This document shows positions 1-11,974 of a stretch of DNA of 64,000 bases, piece after piece. This DNA comes from Mobula hypostoma. Taxonomy: Eukaryota. The notes under the pieces were generated by a model. It was not told the origin of the DNA. It saw nothing but the letters and a program-made list of their open reading frames with translations, and searched no databases. The position numbers and the translations under genes were made by a program. Numbering within the stretch: position 1 is the first letter of the stretch; each line of letters opens with the position of its first letter. The stretch spans positions 65,226,001 to 65,290,000 of the forward strand of contig NC_086097.1 of assembly GCF_963921235.1 (NCBI RefSeq). The letters run 5' to 3'.

Positions 1-73
1 AGATCGAGAGCTTTGATTGTGTGCCAGTCTACTTGGAATTTTCTCAACCATTCACGTCCAACACATAAAGCTC
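1..73 (-). mobile_element. Gypsy LTR retrotransposon, continuation of the protease region beyond the PLE insertion
   Basis: The minus strand reads ELYVL/GREWLRKFQVDWHTIKALD (one frameshift). This continues ...TYRGQTQQLEL, which ends at 1651. Confidence 0.75.
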
Positions 74-1650
74 CCATAAGGATCCTCCCACTTCCTCCAA
101 ACTAAAGGTGTAGCTATGGGTACCGTATGGGTCAAAGCTATGCCTGCCTTTTTGTTGGCTTGTGGAACAATCCATGTTCCAGACCTCTGCTGGTATCTGT
201 CCCCCACTTTTCTTTTCCTTCACTACATTGACGACTGCATTGACGCTGCTTCCTGCACGCATGCTGAGCTCGTTGACTTCAGTAACCTTGCCTCCAACTT
301 TCACCCTGCCCTCAAGTTTACCTGGTCCATTTCTGACACCTCCCTCCCCTTTCTAGATCTTTCAGTCTCTATCTCTAGAGACAGCTTATCTACTGATGTC
401 TACTATAAGCCTACGGACTCTCACAGCTATCTGGACTATTCCTCTTCTCACCCTGTCTCTTGCAAAAATGCCATCACCTTCTCGCAATTCCTCCATCTCC
501 ACCACATCTGCTCTCAGGATGAGGCTTTTCATTCCAGGACGAAGGAGATGTCCTCCTTTTTTTTTAAAGAAAGGGGCTTCCCTTCCTCCACCATCAACTC
601 TGCTCTCAAACGCATCTCTCCCATTTCACGCACATCTGCTCTCACCTCATCCTCCTGCAACCCCACTAGGAATAGGGCTCCCCTTGTCCTCACCTACCAC
701 CCCACCAGCCTCCAAGGTCCAACATATAATTCTCCATAACTTCTGTGACCTCCAACGGGATCCCACCACTAAGCATATCTTCCTCTTCCCCACCTCTGCT
801 TTCCGCAGGGATCACTCCCTACACAACTCCCTTGTCCATTCGTCCCTCCCATCCGTCCCCACCGATCTCCCTCCCGGCACTTATCCTTGTAAGCTGAACA
901 AGTGCTACACATGCCCTTACACTTCCTCCCTCACTACCACTCAGGGCCCCAGATAGTCCTTCTAGGTGAGGCAACACTTCACCTGTGAGTTGGCTAGGGT
1001 GATATACTGCGTCTGGTGCTCCCGATGCGGCCTTCTATATATTGACAAGACCAGACGCAGACTGGGAGACCATTTCGCTGAACACCTACGCTCTGTCTGC
1101 CAGAGAAAGCAGGATCTCCCAGTGGCCACACATTTTAATTCCACATCCCATTCCCATTCTGATATGTCTGTCCACAGCCTCCTCTACTGTAAAGATGAAG
1201 CCACACTCAGGTTGGAGGAACAACACCTTATATTCCGTCTGGGTAGCCTCCAACCTGATGGCATGAACACTGACTTCTCTAACTTCCGTTAATGCCCCAC
1301 CTCCCCCTCATACCCCATCCGTTATTGCCCATCCTCTGGGCTTCCCCCCTCCCTCTTTCTTTCTCCTAGGCCTCCCGTCCCATGATCCTCTCATATCCCT
1401 TTTGCCGATCACCTGTCCAGCTCTTGGCTTCATCCCTCCCCGCACCCCCCCGTCTTCTCCTATCATTTTGGATCTCCCCCTCCCCCTTTCAAATCTCTTA
1501 CTAGCTCTTCTTTCAGTTAGTCCTGACGAAGGGTCTCGGCCCGAAAGGTCGACTGTATCTCTTCCTAGAGATGCTGCCTGGCCTGCTGCATTCACCAGCA
1601 ACTTTTATGTGTGTTGCTTGAAATTCCAGCATCTGCAGATTTCCTCGTGA
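74..1650 (+). mobile_element. Penelope-like element, 5'-truncated (RT C-terminal part, GIY-YIG endonuclease, pyrimidine-rich 3' region, hammerhead terminus)
   Basis: RT motifs KGVAMGT, YIDD, LKFT, LPFLD, YYKPTDSHSYLDYSSSHP. GIY-YIG region VIYCVWCSRCGLLYIDKTRRRLGDHFAEH at 966-1292. Flanked by duplicated AAAGCTC (67-73 and 1651-1657). Confidence 0.93.
1519..1554 (+). ncRNA. Minimal type I hammerhead ribozyme motif in the PLE terminus (one change in stem III)
   Basis: AGTC-CTGACGA-A-GGG-TCTCGG-CCC-GAAA-GG-TC-GACT: catalytic core, stem II GGG/CCC, stem I AGTC/GACT. Confidence 0.75.
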
Positions 1651-2901
1651 AAAGCTCTAACTGCTGTGTTTGGCCTCGATATGTCACATTTATCTTCAGT
1701 TTGCCTTAGGGAGACACTTTGTCACCTGTGTAGGTCTTTAGCATCACTGAAGTCTTCTCTAATGATAGCTGAGAAAACAGTTCGTTTTCGTTAGCCTCTG
1801 AAATTATAGGCAAAGCTGACCCTGTATCCAGCTCCATTTTCAGTTTTGCACCAGACACATCTATTGTGATCCATATGACTTTGTGATCTACTTCAGCAAT
1901 ACTATACAGTTCTAGGCATGACAGCTCGCCTTTGTCTTATTCTGTTTCACATTCGGTCAGTTCATGCATTTATTTAATTTGTGTTTGATACTTTACTCTC
2001 TGTGTAGTTTTTCCCTTTGGTTGTGCTTTTTGTTTGTCTTGCACACTCTATCTTGTGACCTTGTCTGTGACACTTTCTGCAAACCTTTTCTTTGAACCAG
2101 CAGTCACTTGCATCATGGAGGATTTGCCACATCAAAGACATTTTTGGCTTGTTGCACAATTTAGGGACATTTTGTGCATTTCACATTCTAAACCCCTTTT
2201 CTGCAGTTCTTCTGCATTCTTTGCTGCAGTCTCTAACAGTATTGCAATGGTCAATGCCCATTCTAAGGTTCGGTCTCTTTCTGACAGACTCTTTTGAGTG
2301 CTTTAATTCTGCATGCCACATACAAGCCTATCCTTTAATATATCAGAAAGTCCATCTCTAAAATCACAGTATTGGGCAAATTTGCACAGTTCTGCAACGT
2401 ATTCAAAAATGCTTTCATTCTTTGACTAGTTCCTTTCGTGAAACCTAAATCTATCAGCTATTATTAGCAGTTCAGAGCTCAAGAGATTTTGTTAAGTTGC
2501 AACGATTTCATCGAATGTCTTGCTTGCTGGCTTTTCAGGAGTTACTAAGTTGCATAAGAGACTATACATTTTAGTACTCATTAAGCTAAGAAGTGTGGAC
2601 TCTTTACCTCATCCACGTCGCTTGCCTTACAATACAGTTCAACCCTCTTATTATACAACTCCCAGTCTTCATTAGCACTATGAAATTCATAAACTTCCCC
2701 GACTAAAGCCATCACCAAGTTATTTTCACTTTAACTTTATAGGTGTGCGTCTTTCACTGTGTACTACACGAGTACTCACGTGTTTCTTTGTCAGTGTCTA
2801 TGACAGCTTTCTCCGTACTGTTTATCTCTTTCTTCTCACTGACTCATCCCATAATTGTTGATGATATTCTCTGACATTCAGGTTTGTACTCATCGCCAAT
2901 T
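1651..2901 (-). mobile_element. Gypsy LTR retrotransposon internal region (decayed gag and aspartic protease)
   Basis: gag starts at ATG 2712 (MALVGEVYEF...LVTPEKPASKTFDEIV...DRFRFHER...LKDRLVCGM). Zinc knuckle CRKCHRQGH. Protease KMELDTGS with DTG at 1820-1828. PBS-like TGGCGATGAG just inside the LTR. Confidence 0.88.
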
Positions 2902-3071
2902 TGTTGTGTCTATGCAACTACATATCAATTAAATAAAAGCAGACATGCAAGAGAGAGAGCAGATCAATGCCCGTGCGTAGACAACAGATCAATGTGCACA
3001 GCTAAGTAATCAGTCTCTATGTAGTGCAAAGGGGAGTCATTGCTCTAAAGGAAATACATCCATACATTACA
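2902..3071 (-). repeat. 5' LTR of the Gypsy element
   Basis: The minus strand begins TGTAAT and ends ACAACA, followed within a few bases by the PBS-like sequence. Confidence 0.65.
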
Positions 3072-3075
3072 GTGA

Positions 3076-3707
3076 TTATTATTATGACTATGAGGACACG
3101 CAGTCCCCTTTTATTGTTATTTAGTAATGCATACATTAAGAAATGATAAAAATGTTTTTCCAGAATGATATCACAAAAACACATGACAAACTAACAAAAA
3201 ACACATAATTATAACATATAGCTACAACAGTGCAAAGCAATACCGTAATTTGATAAGAACAGACCATGGCACAATAAAAATCCCACAGTCTCTCGAAAGT
3301 CCCATCATCTCACGCAGACGTAAACCTCCAGCGCTGCCAACTTGCCGGTGCAGCATCCCGGAAGCATCCGACCACAGTCCGACTCCAAGTCCGTCTGAAA
3401 AACTCCGAGCCTCCAACCACCTATTTGACACTGAGCACCATCTCTGTCAAGTGTTTCGACCCCGGCCCCGGCAACAGACGATACGCAAAGCCGAGGATTT
3501 GGGGCCTTCGTCTCCAGAGATTCTTGATCGCACAGTAGCAGCGGCAGCGAAGCAGGCATTTCAGAAGTTTCTCCAGATGATCCTCTGCACTTCACGGCTG
3601 TCCCCATCAAATCCAGATTGTGCACGGCACCCCTAGTTACACATATCAATGTTCATTCGGAACAGCCGCGCGCGCTGTGTCGTGTCGCCATCTTCTCCTC
3701 CCTCCTA
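3076..3707 (-). mobile_element. Short non-autonomous LINE derivative or SINE-like element
   Basis: CpG-rich 5' part starting GGAGAAGATGGCG, AT-rich 3' part ending ACAATAAA...(AAT)n like the Rex1 tails in this window. No RT coding sequence. Confidence 0.55.
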
Positions 3708-3886
3708 CCTACACAGTAAATTTGATCACTGTCAAATTTAGGAACCCAAGTGGATACAAATAGAAAGAGTGTAAATTGCTTCTGTATTTCCTAATTTGTA
3801 TCAATGTTTGGAAGCCTAACCAGTGATCCTTAAAGGAGCTGCTGAAGGTCCCTCAGAAAATGAACCAAAATAATTTTAAATCATTA

Positions 3887-3965
3887 ACACACACACACAC
3901 ACACACAAAATGCTGGAGAAACTCAGCAAGCCAGGCAATTTCTCTGGAGGGGAATAAGGAGTTTA
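3887..3965 (-). mobile_element. PLE terminal fragment with an expanded (AC)10 microsatellite
   Basis: CACAAAATGCTGGAGAAACTCAGCAAGCCAGGCA matches the reverse complement of other PLE tails in the window. Confidence 0.7.
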
Positions 3966-5853
3966 AAATCTCTTTTATTTGTGGCATCCAAATGTAGAGA
4001 CTTATTCCTCTTTGCTCCACAAAAATACTTTGGTCTACTGATGACCCATGTGCATTTCCATCCTGAGTGTCTCCCAGCTCAAGGTACAGGTAGGAACAGG
4101 GCGCCTCATAAAGGCAGATTGTCCTATGTAGCTCAGCTGTGACTTGCAACATTTCAGTGATAATGGGAGCATTAGCATGTTCAGCATCTAGCATGAAGAA
4201 CGATGGTTAAAACAGGCCCAAAGTCCTCTAATATAAAACCATTGCCATGAACCCATGCAGTCTGAAAATATTTGGCTATTATATTTTTGTTTTATTGCTT
4301 GCTTATCTTGGGAGGAAAGAACTTTGAAATTTTCTCCTGTAACAGAGTCGAACTGAATAACCTTTGTAATCATTCGCCTAAATGTTTCACCAATAATAAT
4401 ACTGAGTCTTATTTTTCTGGCTGTGTCAACCCCATCCGTTGAATCACTGCCCAGATCCTACTTCCTACATTCATCTCATTACCGCACAGACAAAAGACCC
4501 TCTCTTCAAAATGGCCCTAGCTATTACATCCAGCTCTTGCTCTGTCAAGAGAATATGGTAGCCAGTGTCCAACCGACACCCACATTAAAGGAATTCACAC
4601 ACAGATATCTTTGACTCCTCAGAACTGCAAATCCTCGTCAGTCCCAGGATTGTCTAAAATGATGAAAAGTAATCTTTGACAGCTGACAGAGCAAGGGGCC
4701 AGGCTTTCACAAACTTTGAGTTTTCTTACTTTAAATGCTTCTGACATTAAAACTGAACTGATTAATGAAAGAATTGCTTGTATTTATGCTTTAAAATGGT
4801 AATGTAAGTAAAACTATTAAGCTAACACAAAATAATGCATAGAAGTAGCTCCCCTTCCTTTTTGCCTCACAATTTTTTGCCCTAAAATTTCAACTGAGTG
4901 TCAATGCTTTCCTAGTATAGTTCTGGGAACTCAAGCAAGGCTGCACCTCACCACTGGACTCCATACAGATTCAGCAGCCATATGAGCAAACGGATTCAGC
5001 TTTCTAAACTTTAAGGATTGGACGTTTTTAACTTTCAGTGGCTGAATTTTGTCAGTTCCATCAAAATCACCAAAGCAGTAGGCATGATCCAGCAGAATAC
5101 ATTGTTTTAAGTTTTTAAAAAAGGTGGTTTCAAGTTGTTCACATTTTAATTATACGAACAGCTATCTTGGTAACTGAGTATGCCGTATTGTGACCTCATT
5201 ATTTCAGCTGAAATTTCTCCAACTTTCAAGCCTTGTGAGGTAATGTTTAAAATATGTCAGTGTTCTATAAATCACCATCACGTGTATTTTCGGTGCAAGA
5301 TGAACCAGCATGCTTGCCTTCATGCATTTCAGGTGTTTTTAAACGAAAACAATAATTTGAATAAATACATTGTAGATAATATCAATTTTGAACATCTAAA
5401 ATTAAACAGCAAGTGCCGTTGTACAAAATAAACTTTAGGTTTCTCAATTGTAGTCTTGGTTATGAATAGTCTTGACTCATTCAGAATAGTGGCTTTAACT
5501 TAACATAAGCATATAAGTCCAGCAGGATACCGTCATCTATAAGAGATCATACAAGAACATAAAGTATTCATGATGATCATTTGAGACACATCTGCACAAC
5601 TTCTGTTCTTCTGCTACTTCTAAAGAAAACTTTAATGTCTCTTCCTTGCCAACGGCTGTTTCTTTCAGTCATCCAATCTAGTTTGCTCTTAGTCATTATA
5701 AATGTATGAACATGAATTTTGCCTGTTGTAGGCAAGAGTCATTTTTATTGCTCTTTCATACATTGAGACAATAAAGCAAGGTCTATCCAGGCCCAATTTT
5801 AGCATGATGAATTTCTCAAAATGCAGATTTTTAAAAATTTTATATTCTTTGAA

Positions 5854-6154
5854 AACGCAAACAACAGGAATTCTGCAGATGCTGGAAATTCAAGCAACAC
5901 ACATTTTTAAAAAGTGAACTTCAAAGAATATAAGCAACACACATCAAAGTTGCTAGTGAACGCAGCAGGCCAGGCAGCATCTCTAGGAAGAGGTACAGTC
6001 GACGTTTCAGGCCGAGACCCTTCGTCAGGACAGGGTTCAGGTTCAGGACGTCAGGAGTCCTGACCAAGGGTCTCAGCCTGAAACGTCGACTGTACCTCTT
6101 CCTAGAGATGCTGCCTGGCCTGCTGCGTTCACCAGCAACTTTGATGTGTGTTGC
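5854..6154. mobile_element. Fold-back (inverted) pair of PLE terminal repeats, each with a hammerhead motif
   Basis: Inverted arms 5904-6031 and 6057-6184 (about 3 mismatches; the outer part is host flank). 14-bp duplication TTATATTCTTTGAA at 5840-5853 and 6155-6168. Confidence 0.9.
5998..6031 (-). ncRNA. Minimal hammerhead ribozyme motif, intact core
   Basis: Minus strand GTC-CTGACGA-AGG-GTCTCGG-CCT-GAAA-CG-TC-GAC. Confidence 0.75.
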
Positions 6155-6462
6155 TTATATTCTTTGAAGTTCACTTTTTAAAAAGTGGCATCCCTTTGGC
6201 AAAGTCCTTTAAGGAAGCAAATAAGAATATTAGAACATTAAACAAAATAAAAGTTGGAGTATAACAATTGGCCCTTGTGTCTCTTATAGTTTCTAATAAG
6301 AATACTTTTGGTCAATTATCTCAGTACCACCTATCTATGTCAAAACTAATTTTTAACCTCTCATAATATCTAAAAATCGATTTATCTCCATCTTGAAAAT
6401 TCTTAGCACTTGAACCTCCAGAGCTATTTGGGTACAGCTTTCCAAACATTTGGTCTACCTTG

Positions 6463-7770
6463 TTGTGTGATGTCTTTCATTGATTCTACTATGGTTCTTG
6501 GATTTTCTGAGTATGCCCGCAAGAAAATAAATCTCGTGGTTGTATATGGTGACATATATGTACTTTATTATTACTTACTTTGAACTTTGGCTAACCTCGT
6601 CCAACCTGCATACTGGCAGAGGCTAAGAAGCAAGGCTCCAGAGGAAGTGACAACAAAGAGGTGGTTGCAGGAGGCAGAAGAGTAGCTACGGAATTGCTTC
6701 AAGTCAGTGGACTGGACCATGTTCAAGGACTCAGAGGATCTGAACAAATACACCATGATTGCCACAGAGTTTATAAAGATAGTCATGGATGAGTGTGTCC
6801 CCACAAAAACATTAAGAGTCTTCCCCAACTAGAAACCCTGGATGAACCAAGAGATCTGCAATCTACTGAAGGCCAGATCAGTGGCATTCAGGTCTGGTGA
6901 CCAAGTAAAATGCAAGAGTTCCAGATACAACTTCTGGAAAGCCATCTCACATGCGAAGTAGCAATTCCAGACCAAATGTGAATCACAGAAGAATGCCCAA
7001 CAACTGAGGAAGGGCTTGAATGCTATCACCTCCTACAAAGTAAATCTATAGCAGCATATGTGACAACAAGGTTTTGCTCCTGATGAGCTGAATGTCTTTT
7101 ATGCTCACTTTGACTAACAAAAAATGGAAGTACCTTCACGAACTCCAACAGCCCCCAACGACCCTGTGATTTCAATCTCTGAGGCTAACGTAACAGCATC
7201 CTTCGGGAGTGTGAACCCACAGAAAACATCTGGCCCAGACAGGATACCCAGCTGAATATTGAACACCTGTGCTGAGCACATCTACAAGGAGTGCTATCAC
7301 AGGAAAGCAACATTCATGTTCAAGGACATCCACTATCCAGGCCATGTTCTCTTCTCACTGCTACCATCAGGAAGGAGGCACAGGAGCCTCAGGTCCTACT
7401 CTGCTAGGTTCAGGAACAGTTATTACCCTTCAATAATCAGGCTCTTGAACCACAGAGATTAACTTCACTCACCCTAACACTAAATTGATTGCATACCCTA
7501 TGGACGTACTTTCAAGGATTCTTCATCTCATGTTCTTGATATTAATTGTTTATTTATTCATCATTATTATTTTGTGTGTTTTTTTTTCTTCTGTGGTACT
7601 TGCACAGTTTGTTGTCTTTTGCAAATTGGTTGTATGTCTGTCTTTGTTAGGTGTGGTCTTTCATTAATTCTATTGTGCTTCTTCATGAATGCTCATGAAA
7701 AAATGAATCTCAAGGCAGTTAATGTTGACATAGATGTACTTTGATAATAAAATTACTTAGAACTTTGAAA
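6463..7770 (+). mobile_element. Rex1/Babar LINE fragments (an isolated 3' tail, then an internally deleted copy with its tail)
   Basis: Decayed PWMNQEI...FRSGD...PDELNVFYAHF, joined to LFSLLPSGRRHRSLRSYSARFRNSYYPSIIRLLN. Tails end ACTTTGAACTTTG and AATAAA...GAACTTTGA. Confidence 0.85.
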
Positions 7771-7859
7771 TTTTTCATATCCTGTTTGAGGAACGTGATA
7801 AAACAACACTAACCCTATACATTGCACGAGCACTCTAGATCATCTGGCTGTAACTCTTC

Positions 7860-8545
7860 TTCCAGCATATAGGTAGTGGCTGAAGCTATGGTCAAGGGAG
7901 GTGGAGAAGTGCTTACAGGACTGCATTGAATTGATGGACTGGATCATATTCAAGGATTCATCTTTGGATCTTAATGAATAAGCTATAGTAATCACCAACT
8001 TTATCAAGACTTGCATGGATGAGGATGTGCCTTCGAGAACCCACTAATTTTTTCCGCAGAGGCCATGGAAGAACTAGAAGATTCATAGTCTGCTGAAGGC
8101 TACATCTGGGGCATTCAAGACCAGTGGTTCAGAACCGCACGGTAGTGTACTGGTTAGTGTAACTCTATTACAACGCTACTGACCTGGGTTCAATTCCGCC
8201 ACTGCCTACATTCTTCTTGAGGCCGCATGGATTTCCTCTGGGTGCTCTGACTTCATCGCACATTCCAGTAACACACTGGATAGTATAGGTTAATTGGGTG
8301 ATGCAGGCTCGGTGGAACAAAGGGCCTGTTACCATGCTGTATCTTTAAATAAACTTCTTAAAAAAATCCTACAAGAAGTTGAGATTCGACCTACAGAAGG
8401 CCATTATCAGAGGAAAAAGGCAATTCCATGCGAAATTAGAGACACAATCGGATGAACAACAGTTGTGGCAGGGCTTGTGTGCTATTACTTGCTCTAACAC
8501 AATGTCTAACAGCATAAATGGCAGTGACACTTCACTTCCCAAACA
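7860..8545 (+). mobile_element. Decayed Rex1/Babar ORF2 fragment split by a SINE
   Basis: RFDLQKAIIRGKRQFHAKLETQSDEQQLWQGL is homologous to other Rex1 copies (42.3 kb). Confidence 0.75.
8135..8366 (+). mobile_element. tRNA-derived V-type SINE (HE1-like)
   Basis: A box at about 8143-8153 and B box GGTTCAATTCC at 8187-8197. V-domain-like GGATTTCCTCTGGGTGCTCTG. CR1-like tail AAGGGCCTGTTACCATGCTGTATCT then A-rich sequence. Confidence 0.8.
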
Positions 8546-8871
8546 GTTCAATGATAAAGTAATTCCACAAGATTTTACAAGACCTCTGTTTGGGTATAAG
8601 TCATTCTTAATATTATCGGTATATATCACTGAGGGTAACATTGCTATTAATAATATAATACATATTTTCAATTCCTTTTAAATGTTACATCCTTAGTACA
8701 GCTGTAAAAGCAGATGAAACCATATGGCTGCACTTAGAACCTAAATTGTAAAAAATTATTATCATATCCATTCATTCACAGCCTCAAGCTACATGCTGCA
8801 GTATTCACACTTCAATAACTACAGGGTTACAAAAGAACCATAAATGATCCGATGACAGGACTTATACAGTA

Positions 8872-10495
8872 TCTGGAGCAAAAGCTGAACTGCTGGAGGA
8901 ACACAGTGGTTGAGCAGCATCTGTGAAGGAAAAGAATGACCAACACTGTTGGGTCAAGATCCTGCATCAGGACTGAGAGTGGACTGGAAAGTTAATCGAT
9001 ATAAAAGGAGAGGGGGAAAGATGAGATAGGCCAGTAGGTGACACATGGACTGAAGGGTAAAGTATGACCGACAGGTGGAGCCAGATGAGGAAGGGACAGG
9101 GGTGGAGCTGGGAGACAGAGGTATGCCAGAATCCTGTACATTGATTTCAGTTCTGCGTTCAATACCATCATCCTGCAGAGACTGTCGCTGCTTGGCCTTA
9201 GCACTGCCATGTGTCGCTGGATTCAGGATTTCTTGACAGAGAGACCACAGTCAGTCCGTGTTGGCAGGAACATCTCTGACTCCATCGCACTGAGCACTGG
9301 ATCCCCACAAGGCTGTGTGCTTAGCCCATTGCTGTTTACACTGCTAACAAATGACTATGCAGCCAGATTCAAGGAGAAACTGATCATTAAATTTGCAGAT
9401 GATACCACAGTGGTGGGACTCATCAGCAAAAATGATGAAACAATGTACAGGGAGGAGGTCAAACACCTAGAGAGCTGGTGCAGGGATAACAACTTGATGC
9501 TTAATGTCACCAAAACCAAGGAGATGATCGTTGATTTCAGACGATCTCAGCCTGAGCACACACCCCTCAGCATCAACGGCTCCACAGTGGAGAGAGTGGA
9601 AAACATCAAGTTCCTTGGGGTGCAGATCTCGGACAATCTCACCTGGTCCAGGAACACCACTGGGATTGTGAAATGGGCCCAGCAGAGATTGCACTTTCTG
9701 AGGAAGCTTAAACAAGCATCACTCCCCATTAACATCTTAACTACATTCAACAGAGGTGTGGTTGAGAGTGTGCTGACCTTTTGCATCACAACCTGGTACT
9801 CCAGCTGCAGTGCTGTCGACAAAAAAGCCTTGCAGAGGGTGGTTAGGGGAGCAGAGAAGGTTATTGGGGTCTCCCTACCTTCTGTCCAAGACCTCTTTCA
9901 GAGTTGATGCCTCCAGAAGACACGGTACATCATTGAAGACCCCTCACACCCTCTCCATGAACTGTTTGTTCTTCTGCCATCAGGCAAATGTTACAGGAGC
10001 ATCAAAACTAAAACCACAAGGCTACTAAACAGCTTCCTCCCACAGGCAGTCAGACTGCTAAATAGCTGCTCTACCTGACTCTGCTTTGGACACTTTTAAC
10101 TTGCACTGGACACTTATAACTTGATTTTAACTGATATGTGGCTGTTGTGTTTTACTATTTATTGTTATGTTTATTATTTAGTGTTGCGTTTGTTATATTA
10201 TGATTGCACTGCTGAGAAATACTGTCTCATTCTGCCCTGCAGAGCTGATGTACGGTTAGAATGACAATAAAGTTTTTTGAATTTTGAATCTTGAATCTTG
10301 AAGGGATGGGTGGAACTGGGAGACAGAGGCAGGTGGGCAATAAGTAGAAACAGGCAAAGCTAAAAACAAAAGGACAGATGCAGCTGGAGATTGATAAGCA
10401 GGAGCACAAAGACTATCAGTGTAGAAATCTTATAAGTAAGGAGTGATAATGGGAACCATTTGAGGAGAGGTGAAAAGCAAATAAAATGGATGTAG
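8872..10495 (-). mobile_element. Old PLE 3' region (8872-9120 and about 10302-10495) interrupted by a Rex1 LINE
   Basis: CTGCTGGAGGAACACAGT...GCAGCATCTGTG...GCATCAGGACT is a diverged reverse PLE tail. The purine-rich sequence continues on both sides of the Rex1. Confidence 0.6.
9121..10302 (+). mobile_element. Rex1/Babar LINE, 5'-truncated
   Basis: RT motifs [36 protein letters not shown] (ORF 9209-9907). Tail GACAATAAA...(TTGAATC)n. Confidence 0.93.
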
Positions 10496-10500
10496 TTGGA

Positions 10501-10733
10501 TACATACAAAATGCTAGAGGAAGCAGCAGGCCAGGCAGCATCTATGAGAAAAAGTAAACAGTCGACGTTTTTGGGTGAAGCTCTTCATCACAAAGGATTG
10601 TCCTGATGAAAGGTTTCGGCACAAAATGTCTACTGTTCACTCTTTTCCAATGATGCTGCCTCGCCTGCTGAATTCCTCTAGCATGTTGTGTGTATTTCCT
10701 TGATTTCCAGCATCTGCAGATTTTCTCTTGTTT
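10501..10733. mobile_element. Second fold-back pair of PLE termini
   Basis: 10501-10589 is the reverse complement of 10603-10694. The junction lies at the decayed CTGATGA hammerhead core. Confidence 0.85.
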
Positions 10734-11974
10734 AGATGTAGTCATCTCCACTCTCAGCCCTAATGTACTGACCCCACCTGAAATATTGTCAATTCCTTCC
10801 CCCCTCCCACAGATGTTGCTTGACCCACAGTTTGATTTTTGCTCCTCAGTTCATCCAGCAGTTTGCTCTTTGCTCTTCATTCCACCATCTGCAGTTTCTA
10901 GTGTCGCCATTATATTTGTGCTGCAAAAGAATATTGCACGCATCAAGTTACATTTAAAATAACTTGCAAATATTTTTGATTTGTATATAAAAGATAATGC
11001 CTTAAGCTCCCAGTCATTCCCTTAATAGTCATACTAACAAAAAGAAAAGCACAAAAACACGTCTCTTGTACATGGCTGAGGTGGACCATATTACATTCTG
11101 AATTTCAGTGTTCATAACAGAAAAAGATTCTTTCATGTAAAGTACAAGCTTAAATTGTGCACATTAATTTTGTTTATTTTGTTTTAAAGTGTCATAACTT
11201 CTTTGAATTCAAAACTTCTTAGAAGTTTTCAAGAAATGGTATATTTTTATGAAACATGATTGAATAAATCAATAAATGCCAAAACATGGTGAGTATACTG
11301 TTTACTGACAACCTATAGGGATGGTCTTCCACAGGTTTTTCTTTTGTAATGAGGCCACATAAATCATTTATTGTAAAATTTACCCTTTATTTGATCTGGT
11401 ATTTGGAGTTGGCAAGAAACTGGTGCCAAGCTGCAGCTCTCTTTAGATTTTTAGAGTAGCATGCATAATTCCAAAATAATTTAAAGTTACAACTGTGTTT
11501 TATAAAATGTTTGGTGCCTCATGGAACTCCTCACACAAGAAATGAGATTTGGCAGATAGAGTAATAGAGTCACAGAATACTACAGCACAGAAACAGGCCC
11601 TTCAGCCAATTTAGTCTGTGCCAAACCATTAATCTGCCTAGTGCCACTGATCCGCATCCACACTTCAGCCCTCCATACCCCTGCCATCCATGTACCTATC
11701 GAAATTCAACTCACATCCACTACTTGCGCTGGCAGCTTGTTCCACGCGCTCACCACCCTCTGGGTGAAGAAACCCTCCCTCATGTTCCCCTTAAAGATTT
11801 AACCTTTCACACTTAACCCATGACCTCTAGTTGCAATTTCTCCCAACCTCAGTGGGAAAAGCCTACTTACATTTACCCTGTCTAGGCCCCTCATAATTTT
11901 GTATCAAATCTCCCCTCATTCCCTATGCTTCAGGGAATTACTATACAGTATCTGTATATCTCGACTCAGTTTTA

